NCBI GenBank assembly: GCA_051530055.1
Contig: CM121341.1
Span: 15,044,784 to 15,108,783 of the forward strand
Source of the DNA: Neoechinorhynchus agilis
Lineage: Eukaryota; Animalia; Acanthocephala
DNA: 64,000 nt
Direction: 5' to 3'
In this document: one piece after another, positions 26,952-39,029 of the stretch
Layout of the letters: each line of letters opens with the position of its first letter
Position numbering within the stretch: the first letter of the stretch is position 1
The notes under the pieces: generated by a model
The model's database searches: none
What the model was told of the DNA's origin: nothing
The model's input: the letters and a program-made list of their open reading frames with translations, nothing else
Translations under genes and position numbers: made by a program

Positions 26952-29365
26952 ATGCCATCGCCAAAATCATCGACGAACGCGTCGTCCTTCTACACTTGCC
27001 TATCGAACGGGTCGTCGAACGGTGAGCCGAAAGGACTGCACAAGGCTTCTTGTTTGAAAGAATTGAACGAACTAGTAGTGCCGAACGAATCCTGTTGCAA
27101 GATCTCAAGAACTAACTGTCTTCTAGCAGTTCGTAAGATCTTCGGTTCAGCTAACCGTGCGCTCGCGGAAGGTGATGAAGAAAATGCATACGTTTTGTTT
27201 ATGAGAATGGTTTATTTGTATAAAGAAAGGATCCTTAAAAATAGCGATGGAATCAATGCCGATGACTCTTTTTTGTCCGATGTATCGCAAATGTCACGGG
27301 AAGCCATCGAGAAGGCGAACGAACTTTCCAATCGGTTACAAGAAAGATATGGAAGGAAACGAAATGCATCGCAATCACTGGGATTATCTCAACCCCCGGA
27401 TATCTCGGTGCACCACAAATTCGCAAGACCAATCAAGTCGTCGATCGATGACAACGAAGAAACGAGGGAAGAAAAATGGATTGACTCCAAGGAGCTCAAT
27501 TTACTATTGACCAGGGATCCAAAGACGGTTATGCTTATCCAAGTACGAACCGCCAAGGAGGTAGCTGATTCTACGTTTTCCGCTTCCCATGGAAATGTAA
27601 TTTGTGTTGATTTGGATACTCTCAGTAAAGCGGGAACGGAGAAACCATCGTTTAAGCAATTATGCGATATGATCTTATGGGTCGCAGTAGACGCTTGGGT
27701 AGACGGCCAATCCAATGAGCTTTAGATTATCCTTTTCCATTTCAAAAACCCTTTCATAGTTTACCTAACTTTGTTTAAACGTATTTTGCTTTCATTTCAG
27801 CGATTGTGTTTTAAAAATTCTGCCACTACACCGAGTTCAATGATGTCATTCTTTCCATTTCCATTAGCATCTTTTCCTTTCGTACGCGTATACTTGCGAC
27901 GAATAGACGATCGTGAGCGGCGAGTTATTGAGTCCAACATTCGAAAGTTCCAGCATTTGGTCATCTTGGAGAGTTCAGATCCTACAAAGTCGAGCGAAAT
28001 TGTTCGCTCTACCATTCTACATCGGCTACCTCCAAAGGTAGGTCTTTTGCAGCGAGTTCCTCGAATTCTTCGTGGAGGCTTTCTCGAGTATCATATATCA
28101 TTCCCGTACAAATGCATAGGAAGACCACCATTGGCATTCAAAGTCACTAATGGGGAAACGACAGAAATACCAAAGTTCCCAACTGTTGAACAAAACGAAG
28201 ATTTCGACGCTGATCAGAGTTTTTCAAATGTAGAAAACAGGATCTTATCATCGATATCGCCACCCACTCGACCAGCTCGTAACCGGAATAGCAGTTCAAT
28301 TCCGGCTCCTGTCGGAATTCCGAATTATGGGAACACGTGTTTCCTCAACAGTGCAGTTCAATGCTTAGCTAGCGTAAAGCCAATATGTGAATACTTCTTG
28401 TCCGGTGAGTATTTGAGCGATCTTCGTACCTCAAACGAATTAAAGAGTAACGGAAATCTGAGCAAATTATTTGCGGAATTATTAGCTCACATTCGACCCC
28501 ACTACGATTTTCCAGTTCGCCGGACCAGGAGTGACATTACCCTTCGTTTTCGAAACCTTGTAGCTGAATTGTTTCCCGCTTATGGAAGTGGGGACCAAGA
28601 GGATGCATTTGAGGTACTTTTGGTGCTCGTGAATGGTTTCCACGCTGAATTGAACAAGGCAACAAAGGCAAAGAGACCTGAACTTACGGACGCGATTCGG
28701 GCGAATCCAATGAAGATGTGGTCGTACCAGCATGGCAGTGATGATTCCTTTATCGTGAATTGTCTTTATGGACTCATTGAATACACCAAGGCTCACTGAC
28801 TGGCTTTCCGTGGAGTTAGTGAGTTTTGGGTGCGTATACTACGACATGCTCTGAGTGTCAAAACAAGATAGTCTCCTATGAAATTTTTGCCAATTTAACA
28901 CTGCAAATCCAGAATATGTCAAATTTGAAGGAATGCTTGGAAAAGAGTTTTGGTGAAGAGGAAATGGAAGTGGCATGCTCTCAATGTAAGCAGACTACAA
29001 GGGCAACCAGAAACCAGCGGCTTCATTCACTTCCTCCCGTGCTTCTTATCCTCCTTAGTCGTTACTGCGTGAACGACGGACACTTGTTCAAAATCAACCA
29101 TTTAATTTATTTTTCGACTGACATGTTGATCGTTCCGGGACATCTGATCGTCAACAACAGACCGGCCACTTATCAACTCGTGTCTGTATGCAATCACTCA
29201 GGATTCCTTTTCGGTGGACATTACACCGCTAACTGCCGACAGCCAGACGGAACCTGGTACCTCTGTAACGACTCTAACGTAGTTCGAGTTAATCCGAACT
29301 CAGTCGTTACCAGTGGGGCGTATGCACTCGTTTATAGGGCAAAGTTTGATAGCGATGATAACTGA
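26952..29365 (+). CDS. USP8: Ubiquitin-specific protease 8-like (MIT/dimerisation, rhodanese and USP catalytic domains), with two intervening sequences
   Basis: DEENAYVLFMRMVYLY (USP8 N-terminal domain), rhodanese-like region, Cys box GIPNYGNTCFLNSAVQC, QEDAFEVL, His box CNHSGFLFGGHYTANC, WYLCNDSNV, AYALVY. Confidence 0.9.
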
Positions 29366-30186
29366 TGTCAATGACTTTAAAGTCAGCAGTGAATGGCTAT
29401 ATTTGTGAATTTACCGCTTATCGAAAAATCACTAGACTTTATAGACGCGTTTCGGTGAACTTTGAGTATTTATATGAAGACAACTTTTTTGCAGTTAAAA
29501 CATTCGTTTCGAAAATTACATCATAAAATCAATTTATGTGCTCTACCACGCATTTAGTCAGTATTTACGATAATTTTTTCTACACGCATTGACGGCTAAA
29601 TCCTTTGGCCGATTTGCCCAATTTGGCTTTAATATACAAACGAATTTAATTGGAAGTTATTGACAATCTTGAGAAATCACAAGCCTCTTGTGTCAATGAC
29701 AGAATTAATCGATTAGAAAAAAATACAGTGCGAATAGCTAGCGTAACATTTTATGAATAAGAGGAAATGTTTCGAACTGAATCAAAGTTCTTGGGATTGT
29801 TTGACTTTGATGCCCTCAGCTCGAAAGTGAACGTTTTGTTCGTGCGTTACCTAAAATTCATCATCGCACACTTTGCAATCAGGCTTAATATATTAGGTGT
29901 TTTCTGCAAAATACCCAAATTAAAATATACGTCCACATTTTTATGCGAGTTTTTGTATCTTAGACTATTTAGCATCAAGATATCTTCGAAAGTCGGACAT
30001 TTGTTTTAATAAAGATTATCGTTAGCATGTTTTTGATTTCGCTGGACAATCATAGTGAAGAAATCTGAAGATGAAAGGGCAAAATTTTATGACACCCGGT
30101 ATGCGATTTCCGCATCTTACCCCCAACAAAATGAGAAGGACTAGTTGCACTTTGAATTTGCTGGCGGAACACATAATTATATGAAT

Positions 30187-33100
30187 TTAGGCTTCAAGAT
30201 TAAGACGACATAAGATGCCACTTAGAACATCATCGACCTCTTTAGATAATCTTGTGGACAATGGCGCATCCTTTTCGACAGCAACAGGTGGACCCAGTTT
30301 TACAAGAATGTTGCTTTTGATATCGAAAACCTTCCAGTCCAAAGCTGGACAGATGTCTGCATCCATTAGTTTTCCTGTGCTTTCATCGAACCGGAAAACA
30401 AGACCGTTCGAATCATCGACGCATACTTTAACAATTTGATCGTCATCGTGTTGGTTATTAGCGACTAGTTCAATCAGGTCGTTCATTGCCCTCAGAAAAA
30501 GTCCATGGTTGTTGTTCATTGAAGAAATAGCGATTTTCTCCAACAACTTGATGGATCTCTCTCTATGGATTATTCTGGTTGGACGACTTAAGCACTTGCG
30601 AATCACTCTAAAAGACCGTTCATCGACGCTTACATTTTCGTTATATAGTAAAGAACACAAATTGGGTTTGATGATCTTTTTCGTAACAATCACGGTTCCT
30701 TCTATACTACAAGTGCAACAATCTTCAGTCTCAAAGAGCTTGATTCGATCTTCGGAATCCGAGTGAAAAGTACAACTCACGGGCAATTCAAAACTTTGAC
30801 TACAATTTGCTTTAATAGACATTTCCGGTAATACGGCTTCTTCTGGCATCATTAAAGATATCCTCTCAATATTATCAAATACCTTGCCACACATATCGAT
30901 AGCACAATATCTATTATTGTTCATAGACACTGCCCGAATCCAGATATTTTTCACTCTAACTAAATACTCCTTTCCAACTTCAGGTCTAATGTCCTCACTT
31001 AAATCATCCGGCCGATGGAATTCATGATTCGAAAATGAAGTTAACATAACACTATCTGAAGATTGATGGGTGCAAACAACCCATTCGCCTGGGAACATCA
31101 CAGGTCTGCTCCTTTTTTTGGTCCACCTCATACTTCCCCCATCTGAATCGATGAGATATGGAGAATATGAATTAAGAAATCTGATATTCGTAATTCGTTG
31201 CAGAAGATGAGCTCTTATCCACGTGTCCATTCGCTTCACCTCAGGATATCTTGCGAACCCACAAAGATACGCCAAACGAGGTATCTTCCATATTTCTTGA
31301 TCTACTATCCTTCCCAGTGAATTAAGATTAACTCTCTTTAAAAGATATCCTTCGTCTACAAGTAAGACGTTAAAGTAGTCTTTTTCGGGTAGCTCGGTTT
31401 GAACCAAACCACGCCCTCTAGCCCGTCCCATTAAATAGACAATACATGTGGAGCCATAAACCTGGGAAGCTTTCTTAAAATCGCAAAGTATTTCTTGACG
31501 ATCCACAAGTTCGCCCAAACGCTTCTTAAGATTGTCATCGCGATCGAGCTGAACATAGAAGAAATCAGGACGCATAACCGCGTGCATTGTTCCGTGAAAT
31601 TCCCCCTGATGTGGAACCACTTGAGGTGGTGTAGCTTTGTGACGATACTCAATAAATAAACCGGCCATCAGGAGTTCAGGATCGAGGTCACTCGATGACT
31701 CTATAAATCTGTTATTGCAATTTCCACTAAAAATTCGTTCTCTGTGTTGGCAGACAAAGATATGAGCATTCAGGTCATTGAATGAATTGCTGGGTAGTAG
31801 GAACCGGTGCTGAAAAACCTCTATATTTCCCTTATCTAACGATTTAACCTTGAGATCGCCTTCTTTGGTAAATGTTATCAAATTGAATCTTAACTTATTA
31901 TTCCCCTCAGTTGGTGGTGATCTATTACTTGCTTGGAAGATATTCAAGGGATGAACACGACAAACGTATCCTTCACATGAAGAAACATCCCTACGTCCAC
32001 TGGCGGATTTTGCTCGCTGTGGGCGTAACCTCGGTCGTGTTGTTTCGTCTTCCTCATAAAGTGAGTTTCGTTGAAATCTATGATGTGGATGATCGTTTGA
32101 ACGTCGGTGAGGCGGAGGTGTTCTGAACCGAACTCGGTTTTGATTAGGTGCTCGGTGTGAATGCGGCCTTTGCTGCTGAATAGGCGGAGAACCCATTCCT
32201 CTCTTAGGAAAACCTCCACCGGATCTCCTGCGATATTCGCTTTCGTTCGCTTGATCGTAGTAGCCGCTATGGGGACGTCTATTCAGCTCATTGCACTGAT
32301 CTCTTATAAGCAACAAGAGATTCACACTTTGGGTATAGCTTGTGAAATCGTGCTGATCGGCAAATCTAGGCAATACATGTTCTCGCCACGGAACTTTAAA
32401 CAGTTCCAGTGACAATAATTGGCGGCATGTATCAGTGGCACCTCTTAATTTAGCATTGAAAACGCAAAATTCGGTGATATCCTTAAACTTTTTGGCAATA
32501 GTTATATCGCCTCGAGAGTAATCTTCAAATCCATCCAAACAACAAGCGATTGCCTGAGCTGAATCATTCTGAAACATCTTCGGACAATAAAACACATTCT
32601 CGTGGCGAACATTGATCTTTCTACCAAAATCAACTAATTTAACCTCCACTTCATTATTTCTCCGTTTCGATAGAATGGTCGCTCGACGGTACGAATCAAA
32701 AGACCTTACAACGACGGCCATGGACGGCATTATATCTTGCCATGAAACAACGGAGTTATTTGCCCTGTTTTGGAAATAATCCTGTATCTCCCGCTGATAA
32801 GTGTCATTAGTTTCGAACTTGCTCAACATCCAAACGTAGAATTCATCCACGTCCACACAGCAACAGACGTATATCATCTCCATTGTGTTCAGATTTAACT
32901 CCAGTGTTGGTTGTCTGAACTTTGGAAGTTCTGTTGCTAATAAGGCTCTGTTCGAAATGACTGGTGTTGTCGAGGTTTGTGGAGGAATTAGAATGTCTCG
33001 TTGAGGATATCGAGGGAATGAAAGTAGATGAGGTTCGAGCAGTGTAAGAACGTCCGTCTCCATTTCATCATTAGTAACGACTAGTCGAACATCATAAGTT

Positions 33101-34299
33101 TGATTAGCTTGTTCAAATGACATAAACCTACATACCAATCGACCGTAATGGCTTTCATTTGATGCCAAATCCATAATTATCTTGTGGACTTGGGCCTCTC
33201 GTCCAGAAATCAATGTTACGTCCTTTAGTCCACATTTATGTGCAAACGGAGGATTTACCATCAAATGAGGCACAATTGGAACGCACTGATCTTTTCCTAC
33301 ACACCCAATGGTGCCGTAATCGACAAAATGAACCTGGTATCCATTCCCTTCTTCTAAAACCGCTATAACCTTTGCTCGATGGTGGCATTTATCGATTTCG
33401 TAATGACTGAGACAGGAATCGCCGATCTCGAAATCAGCTTTGAGCAACATGGTTCGCTTAGCCATCTCGTCAACATTTCTATCGAACTGCTGTAAATACT
33501 GAATGTTTAACCGATCTTGGACGTAAAAGCAATCAATCGAGTTGAAGCACGTTATTTGACATTCACATGACATACCGGTCATATCTTGACGAATGAATGG
33601 TTTTTTTGTAGCTAATTGATTCATTGGACTTATTGGAGCAACTTCACCGACCAAATCAGTTCCTTCACTTATAAGTGCAGCGCCATGACCTCGGAGTAGG
33701 ATCGCAGAAACACTTTGCTGATAAACGGACTCATATAAGATGACATCGTATCGACCTTCCACTTCATGGGGTTTAAAAAATGAGCAAAACAAAGGACCTG
33801 TCATTACAGTCGTCTGGAACTTTGTAATCGCCGTTTCTGACCATTGGTCAAGGCCAGGAGTTGAGAATTGCTTCGGGAATGGTTTTATTCCTTGAAGTTT
33901 ACACGCTACTGCTAATCGTGGTATTTGAGCGAACTCGGGTTTCAATGGTCGAATACTCGTGAAGGGAACGGCCTCTGATCTGCCTTCGTCGAATAGAAAT
34001 ACCGTTACTGCACCAGCGTTAGGACAAATATTTCCAATAAGAGCTCGGTGCCATAAACCATCAACCGAAGACATCACAGCGCACGCACTGAAAGGATAGT
34101 ATTGGTATTGATTTGAGTATGCTTCACAGCTATATGTCAGATGAAGTCGAGTTCTGAGACTTTGATAGACTGTAGTGTGTTCATTCAAACGAACCCAGAA
34201 GTCCCCAGGGTCAACGACGTTTACCACGATCACCTCACATTTCTTGCCAGTAAAATCTATCATCGGAATCTCCACATTCTGAACGGCCGTATTCATCAT
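30187..34299 (-). CDS. Multi-Tudor-domain protein (about 5 extended Tudor modules, TDRD1/6/15-like), 1370-aa open frame
   Basis: Repeated module (VxxVVDPGDFWV, DGLWHRA, VFLFDEG/VHFVDYG/VKLVDFG, PRLAVACKL); central R/P/S-rich linker; TTTAG directly before the ATG. The frame could hide in-frame introns. Confidence 0.85.
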   Translation of the reverse strand: MMNTAVQNVEIPMIDFTGKKCEVIVVNVVDPGDFWVRLNEHTTVYQSLRTRLHLTYSCEAYSNQYQYYPFSACAVMSSVDGLWHRALIGNICPNAGAVTVFLFDEGRSEAVPFTSIRPLKPEFAQIPRLAVACKLQGIKPFPKQFSTPGLDQWSETAITKFQTTVMTGPLFCSFFKPHEVEGRYDVILYESVYQQSVSAILLRGHGAALISEGTDLVGEVAPISPMNQLATKKPFIRQDMTGMSCECQITCFNSIDCFYVQDRLNIQYLQQFDRNVDEMAKRTMLLKADFEIGDSCLSHYEIDKCHHRAKVIAVLEEGNGYQVHFVDYGTIGCVGKDQCVPIVPHLMVNPPFAHKCGLKDVTLISGREAQVHKIIMDLASNESHYGRLVCRFMSFEQANQTYDVRLVVTNDEMETDVLTLLEPHLLSFPRYPQRDILIPPQTSTTPVISNRALLATELPKFRQPTLELNLNTMEMIYVCCCVDVDEFYVWMLSKFETNDTYQREIQDYFQNRANNSVVSWQDIMPSMAVVVRSFDSYRRATILSKRRNNEVEVKLVDFGRKINVRHENVFYCPKMFQNDSAQAIACCLDGFEDYSRGDITIAKKFKDITEFCVFNAKLRGATDTCRQLLSLELFKVPWREHVLPRFADQHDFTSYTQSVNLLLLIRDQCNELNRRPHSGYYDQANESEYRRRSGGGFPKRGMGSPPIQQQRPHSHRAPNQNRVRFRTPPPHRRSNDHPHHRFQRNSLYEEDETTRPRLRPQRAKSASGRRDVSSCEGYVCRVHPLNIFQASNRSPPTEGNNKLRFNLITFTKEGDLKVKSLDKGNIEVFQHRFLLPSNSFNDLNAHIFVCQHRERIFSGNCNNRFIESSSDLDPELLMAGLFIEYRHKATPPQVVPHQGEFHGTMHAVMRPDFFYVQLDRDDNLKKRLGELVDRQEILCDFKKASQVYGSTCIVYLMGRARGRGLVQTELPEKDYFNVLLVDEGYLLKRVNLNSLGRIVDQEIWKIPRLAYLCGFARYPEVKRMDTWIRAHLLQRITNIRFLNSYSPYLIDSDGGSMRWTKKRSRPVMFPGEWVVCTHQSSDSVMLTSFSNHEFHRPDDLSEDIRPEVGKEYLVRVKNIWIRAVSMNNNRYCAIDMCGKVFDNIERISLMMPEEAVLPEMSIKANCSQSFELPVSCTFHSDSEDRIKLFETEDCCTCSIEGTVIVTKKIIKPNLCSLLYNENVSVDERSFRVIRKCLSRPTRIIHRERSIKLLEKIAISSMNNNHGLFLRAMNDLIELVANNQHDDDQIVKVCVDDSNGLVFRFDESTGKLMDADICPALDWKVFDIKSNILVKLGPPVAVEKDAPLSTRLSKEVDDVLSGILCRLNLEA

Positions 34300-35689
34300 C
34301 TAAAACAGCTAAATGGTTCAATTAGGCTGATAAACGTTCATTAATATGCCAAATCTAAAAACTGAGATTCTTAGAGTGCGTGAAGAAAAACCGGTTTGAA
34401 CTACCGAACAAGTAACGCATATTAAAAATATTCAAAGGATGAGGTATTCAGAATATGTGAAAATAGTAGACTATTTAAATGGAAAAACGTTGTGATTTGA
34501 ATGCACTCAGTGTAAAAGAAGCGTTCTTCGTATGTTTTCACGCAACCGATGTGCAAAACCCCCCATAAATACAATAAGCACAAAAACAATCTCACTGGTT
34601 GATTGTTTTTCGAAACTGTAAGTCCTAGTGAGCAGACAAAAAGGTCACTATAACACTAGTTTTTTAAGTCGGTTGAACGAACTAAGTTTTTGGCGCCAAA
34701 ATTTTTGGTAGATAACTGACACTCAAAACACAGGGATCATGTTTTGACCTCAATTTAATCCTAAACTCAAGCAGATTTACGTAGCGCAAATAGTCGATTT
34801 AGCGAAATGGTGAAAATTGAGTAATACTTTTGGCTTGCAATCATTTGATGTAAAACCAATGATATTTTTTTATAACAAGAAATGGCCGTGCGTTTAGGCT
34901 GATTAAAAAACCTTGTAGTGTACAACATTGGGAATTTTTTTTCCGAGACCATTCTCGAGATATTATTGGCTACTGCTTCATCTTTGTGGCCATTACGAGA
35001 CTTACCAGCTTCTCCGAGAAAAACCGCGCATTCTTTAGTATTCAATATTCGTGGAGAAACTCTTTTGGTGGTTTAAATGGGCTGTCTTAGGATGAATATG
35101 AAACTGAAACACGATTGATTCCGTATTTCGGCTATAATCGATAATCCGCGTAACGAATCTTCATTGGTAAGTGCCTAAGTATTTGTAATCCTTATCATGC
35201 AGAAGTACAAAAAAACGATCCAGGGCTCGTACGCAGGCTGAAGAAAGTCTTTCGATTTTAGAAGCGTATCTCAATATCGATTTTGATGGTATCATGATTG
35301 AAGATTCAAAGAATTGATCAACCGCCTAACGACCACCGAAGAATGACAACAATGGGGAACTGAGTGGATTTTAGAATCCACCTATCGAACTCCCACGATC
35401 TAAGATATTCTCGGGATAAAGATCGGAAAGAAAATTCATTTGATAAATTTGAGGAACAAAACGCGGAATCAACCGTCGTAATTCATAAAAATCGAGTTAT
35501 TTTTGAACGAACTATTTGGGCTGTGCCATTCACATTTCTGGTACTCAATGAAGGTATTTTCTTCGTTGAGAACATAGTCTAGACCAAGGCAACTCTGATG
35601 TTTTTGAACAAATTATCCGTTTGCTATTTTGGCTTTTATGCACATTAACTGCAGTAATGATACTAAAAGCATTTCGACCATTAATCATA

Positions 35690-35804
35690 TCGAGAAAATC
35701 CATCGGGTTGGTAAATTTTGACTTGTGGTGAAGATAATCTCGGTTACAAATCATTTTATTGTACTGAAATATTTCGAAAGAGGAAACCTCGCCTTATCAA
35801 TCAT
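35690..35804 (-). repeat. Copy of the ~110-bp dispersed element also at 19.9, 20.1 and 60.1 kb
   Basis: Reverse complement of 35765-35804 matches 60141-60180 at 37 of 40 positions. Confidence 0.8.
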
Positions 35805-36110
35805 TCATCGATGGGTTCATTGTGTTTAGCGAAGAAAATCATTCACTATGCACGAGTGGATATCACTGCTAAATCGATTTGAAAATAAAATGATTGAACA
35901 TTGTACTGCAAGTTGATCGTATTGGTAACTGTTGACCATGATAAGCAACTATCGTTATTTAGTTCAACTGATCGAGAATAGGCTTTAGAGTGACGTTTTA
36001 TCATAGATGAGTATGTTTTCATTTATCGATTGTGGCTCATTTGTTCACTAGAGGATAGCTTGCTCCGAGGAGCATATTCTCATAGCTCTCCTGAATAAGG
36101 CATCCGATGC

Positions 36111-36285
36111 TGCCATCTTGAATCTCACAGGAGAATGTGATGTCCATTTACTTGTGTGCCAGTTTATGTTTGGTTTTCTGTATACCTTTGCTTCGATTCT
36201 GTCCACATGTGTATACAGAAAACTCAACATAAACTGGCACACAAGTAAATGGACATCACATTCTCCTGTGAGATACAAGATGGCA
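36111..36285. repeat. Long near-perfect palindrome with 75-bp arms (36111-36185 / 36211-36285) and a 25-nt loop
   Basis: Arms differ at only 3 positions; no TSD recognised. Confidence 0.95.
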
Positions 36286-36489
36286 GATATATTTTGTTGC
36301 TTCGTAAATTAGCGAATGTGTATTTCATAGATCATCTTCCAAATGCGAACTATATTCGATCATAACTTTTTCTTTGCAATGAAAGATCGTAAGATTTCAT
36401 TATTTTACTAATGCGAAGCATCATCATCTCGCAAGGTCAAATGTTTCTTTAAAATTGCAATGTTCAAAGTTTAGTGAACCTAAGCTGTG

Positions 36490-37500
36490 TCGTTACTACA
36501 GAATGTTTACGGCCGATGTGAACGTTCTTTTAGCCAATGTCCCTTTTACCAAAACGATCGAATTATCCGCTAATTTACTATCTAAGAATTGCAGCGAACC
36601 ACGTTTGGACTTTGGCACGTGTTATTCCTATGGCCTTTGAAATTGAGGGTTCTTTCTACGATCAAAGAAATGATGTAACCATGGAATCTCCGCTAGTTCT
36701 GACTTTGTCCGACATCTACACGCGGGATTTGGAGTCCACTTCCTTGGAACTTCATAGTCATGTAAATCGATGGTGGCGTTATGTGGACGATGTGTTCATT
36801 CTGGCCGATTCAAACCACAACAAAGACTCACTAAATGCTGTACTGAACATTCAAGATGCACACATACAGTGGACAGTTAATGAAGTGAACATCAACGGTG
36901 GTCGCTAGTTATATGTGTTTCGATTACCGTTTATCCAAAATATCAACGCTTTATTAAGATCGCTTTTATCAGCCTGCGTTTCGTACAATAAGGACGGCAA
37001 TACGTTTGCGCCTGAGATGAGTTAACTTAACGTCGATCAATACAGGATGTTTACGGCCGACGTGAACGCTCTTTTCACCAATGTCCCTCACCGCGTTTGG
37101 ACCTCGCAACATGGCATTCACTAATTCAATGGTAAACAAGGATGACCGCTATTGAATTCGAAGGGACATTCATCGATCAAACAAATAGAGTAGCCATGGA
37201 ATCACCATTAGCTCCGACCTTAGCTCACATCTACATGCGAGAGTGGGAGTCCACTTTCTTGGCACATCATAAGGATGTTAATCGGTGGTGGCGGTATGTG
37301 TGGATGGTGTGTTCATTCTCATTGAAGTTAACGACAGCAGCGATTCACTTAAGGCCGCATTGAACAGTCAAGATCCGCACATTCAGTGAACCGTTAATAA
37401 CGAGAATGACGAAGGAGAGATTCCGTTCCTGGACGTCTTGATTAAACGGCCAACACAAAGTAGCGTAAGCGCTGCTTTATTTCGCAAGCCCAACGTGCCT
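36490..37500 (+). mobile_element. Two tandem degenerate Penelope-like RT fragments (~36490-36905 and ~37040-37500)
   Basis: FTADVNVLLANVP, MESPLxxTLxxIYM and RWWRYVDDVF motifs appear twice. Confidence 0.8.
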
Positions 37501-38368
37501 TGGAGACCAAAGCCAAAATGGTAAAATATTTCGGTCATAACCGATTGAACAGATTTACCGCACAGGAAACAGTGGCAACGCTCGGGTCCATTTGATGACC
37601 TGGCGTTTTGACGAGCTTCGGTAATTGATAACTACAAGCTGGGCATAGCGTGCAATAGCATTTGAAAAGAACTTTGATTCTATGTTGGCTCTCCAAGTGT
37701 ACAATTGGTAGATTGATGCTTGCCTTCCCAGGATGGGTCGTAGAGCAGAATTCGAACGTGAAATTCGATTCCGTTAGCAAAAAGGATAATCTATCTCGAA
37801 GCATTCCTTTGGAACAATCAGGAAGGTCAGTTCCGCATCGGAATTGAGTTTCCTTGTTAAGCAGTGCGGCACAAGAGACCGAAATTTCTTCACGTTGTCT
37901 GAACAATACAAACATATAAATCGGACTACCAATTCGTGCTTAATTTTTGTATGCTGTGCCAATTTATAATTCGGGTCACACGGGCCACCAGTTGGTAGTT
38001 TCTCGTAAACATTGGAAGTTCGAAACGTCAGCATTTTCGTCCAATTTCCTATGAAAAGCTTTTGAATCGAATTCCACGTTTTTTAGTAACTCGCAAGACA
38101 TTCTCTGTAGGAATACTCGCGTTTGAACGGCGAATAAATGTGTTCTGTACGTGTTACTTTTAAACCGCGCTCAGATGTCTTTACACGCTGCTATTAAATG
38201 TGAGTTGACGTGAGTGGACGTGAGAAATAAAGATATGCTCCTTTCGCTTTTTTCGTATTTAGTGAATCATGCACCGTGAAATGTCTTTTTGATTCGTTCA
38301 CTTTTCCCGTCTAGGAGTTTTTGCCATAACTTCAATTCTTCTTTTTTTAAGCCATTTATTCTTACTTT

Positions 38369-38972
38369 ATGAACGGTACAACGGTCCGTGTCTTAATCCG
38401 ACGACAAACTCTATTAACTATTCGCATCTTCTATCTAATATTTGCTGTAATTGCGATCGCTATTATTTATTGTCCTTCGAATAATGTCAACGGGACAGCC
38501 ATTCATTTTGTTCATACAAGTGGCAAATGGAACAAACGTATGAGCTGCGCCGTCGAATCAACTGCTTTGCAAAACCCAACCCGGAAAATCATGGTATATT
38601 TTGATTCAAAAGTAAACGAGAGTTCTTACCTGCATCATCTTATAAATCTAAAATCAAGATTTTCTAATTTGGAGTATATAAAGATTAATATTTCAGAAAC
38701 ACTTTGCAAGGATAAGATCGTCGGAATATGGTTTTCTTCGATATTTGATCATTCTTCTCCAATAGCATATATATTATATTTATTTTCAGCGTCTCTTACT
38801 GGTCTGAAAATAATTTCCCTACGCTCAGCTAAGTGATTTGTTCCGATATAAAATCCTTTATGAAAACGGCGGCGCTTACATGGATACTGATTTTATTAGT
38901 ATTAAACCACTACCCGTATTTGATTTTATTGGCAAGGAATCAAAAGAGTTTTTGTGCAATGCAATTATCCAG
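38369..38972 (+). pseudogene. Alpha-1,4-glycosyltransferase (A4GALT/A4GNT, GT32 family) 5' part; frameshifted, 3' half not found
   Basis: Type II TM anchor, CAVESTA..NP, FPYAQLSDLFRYKILYENGGAYMDTD (DxD), LCNAII; apparent 1-nt frameshift near 38817; intron donor at 38973 followed by retroelement DNA. Confidence 0.7.
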
Positions 38973-39029
38973 GTTTGTAGAACCAAAGTGCGGTGGATAA
39001 AGGTAGTTCTACGATCGGTTAAGAACTTT

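Noticed and set aside
28797-28832. UGA followed by a hairpin read as selenocysteine or stop read-through
   Set aside because: Downstream USP8 coding is in a different frame (53-nt offset), so read-through alone cannot restore it, and no SECIS core is visible.
24720-28833. Anomalous introns as U12-type introns or one introner/MITE family
   Set aside because: No RTATCCT donor or TCCTTAAC branch site; the terminal arms share no sequence and no TSDs are present.
37535-38034. Minus-strand ORFs with a CxxC/His pattern
   Set aside because: Short, broken frames that I could not assign to any family.
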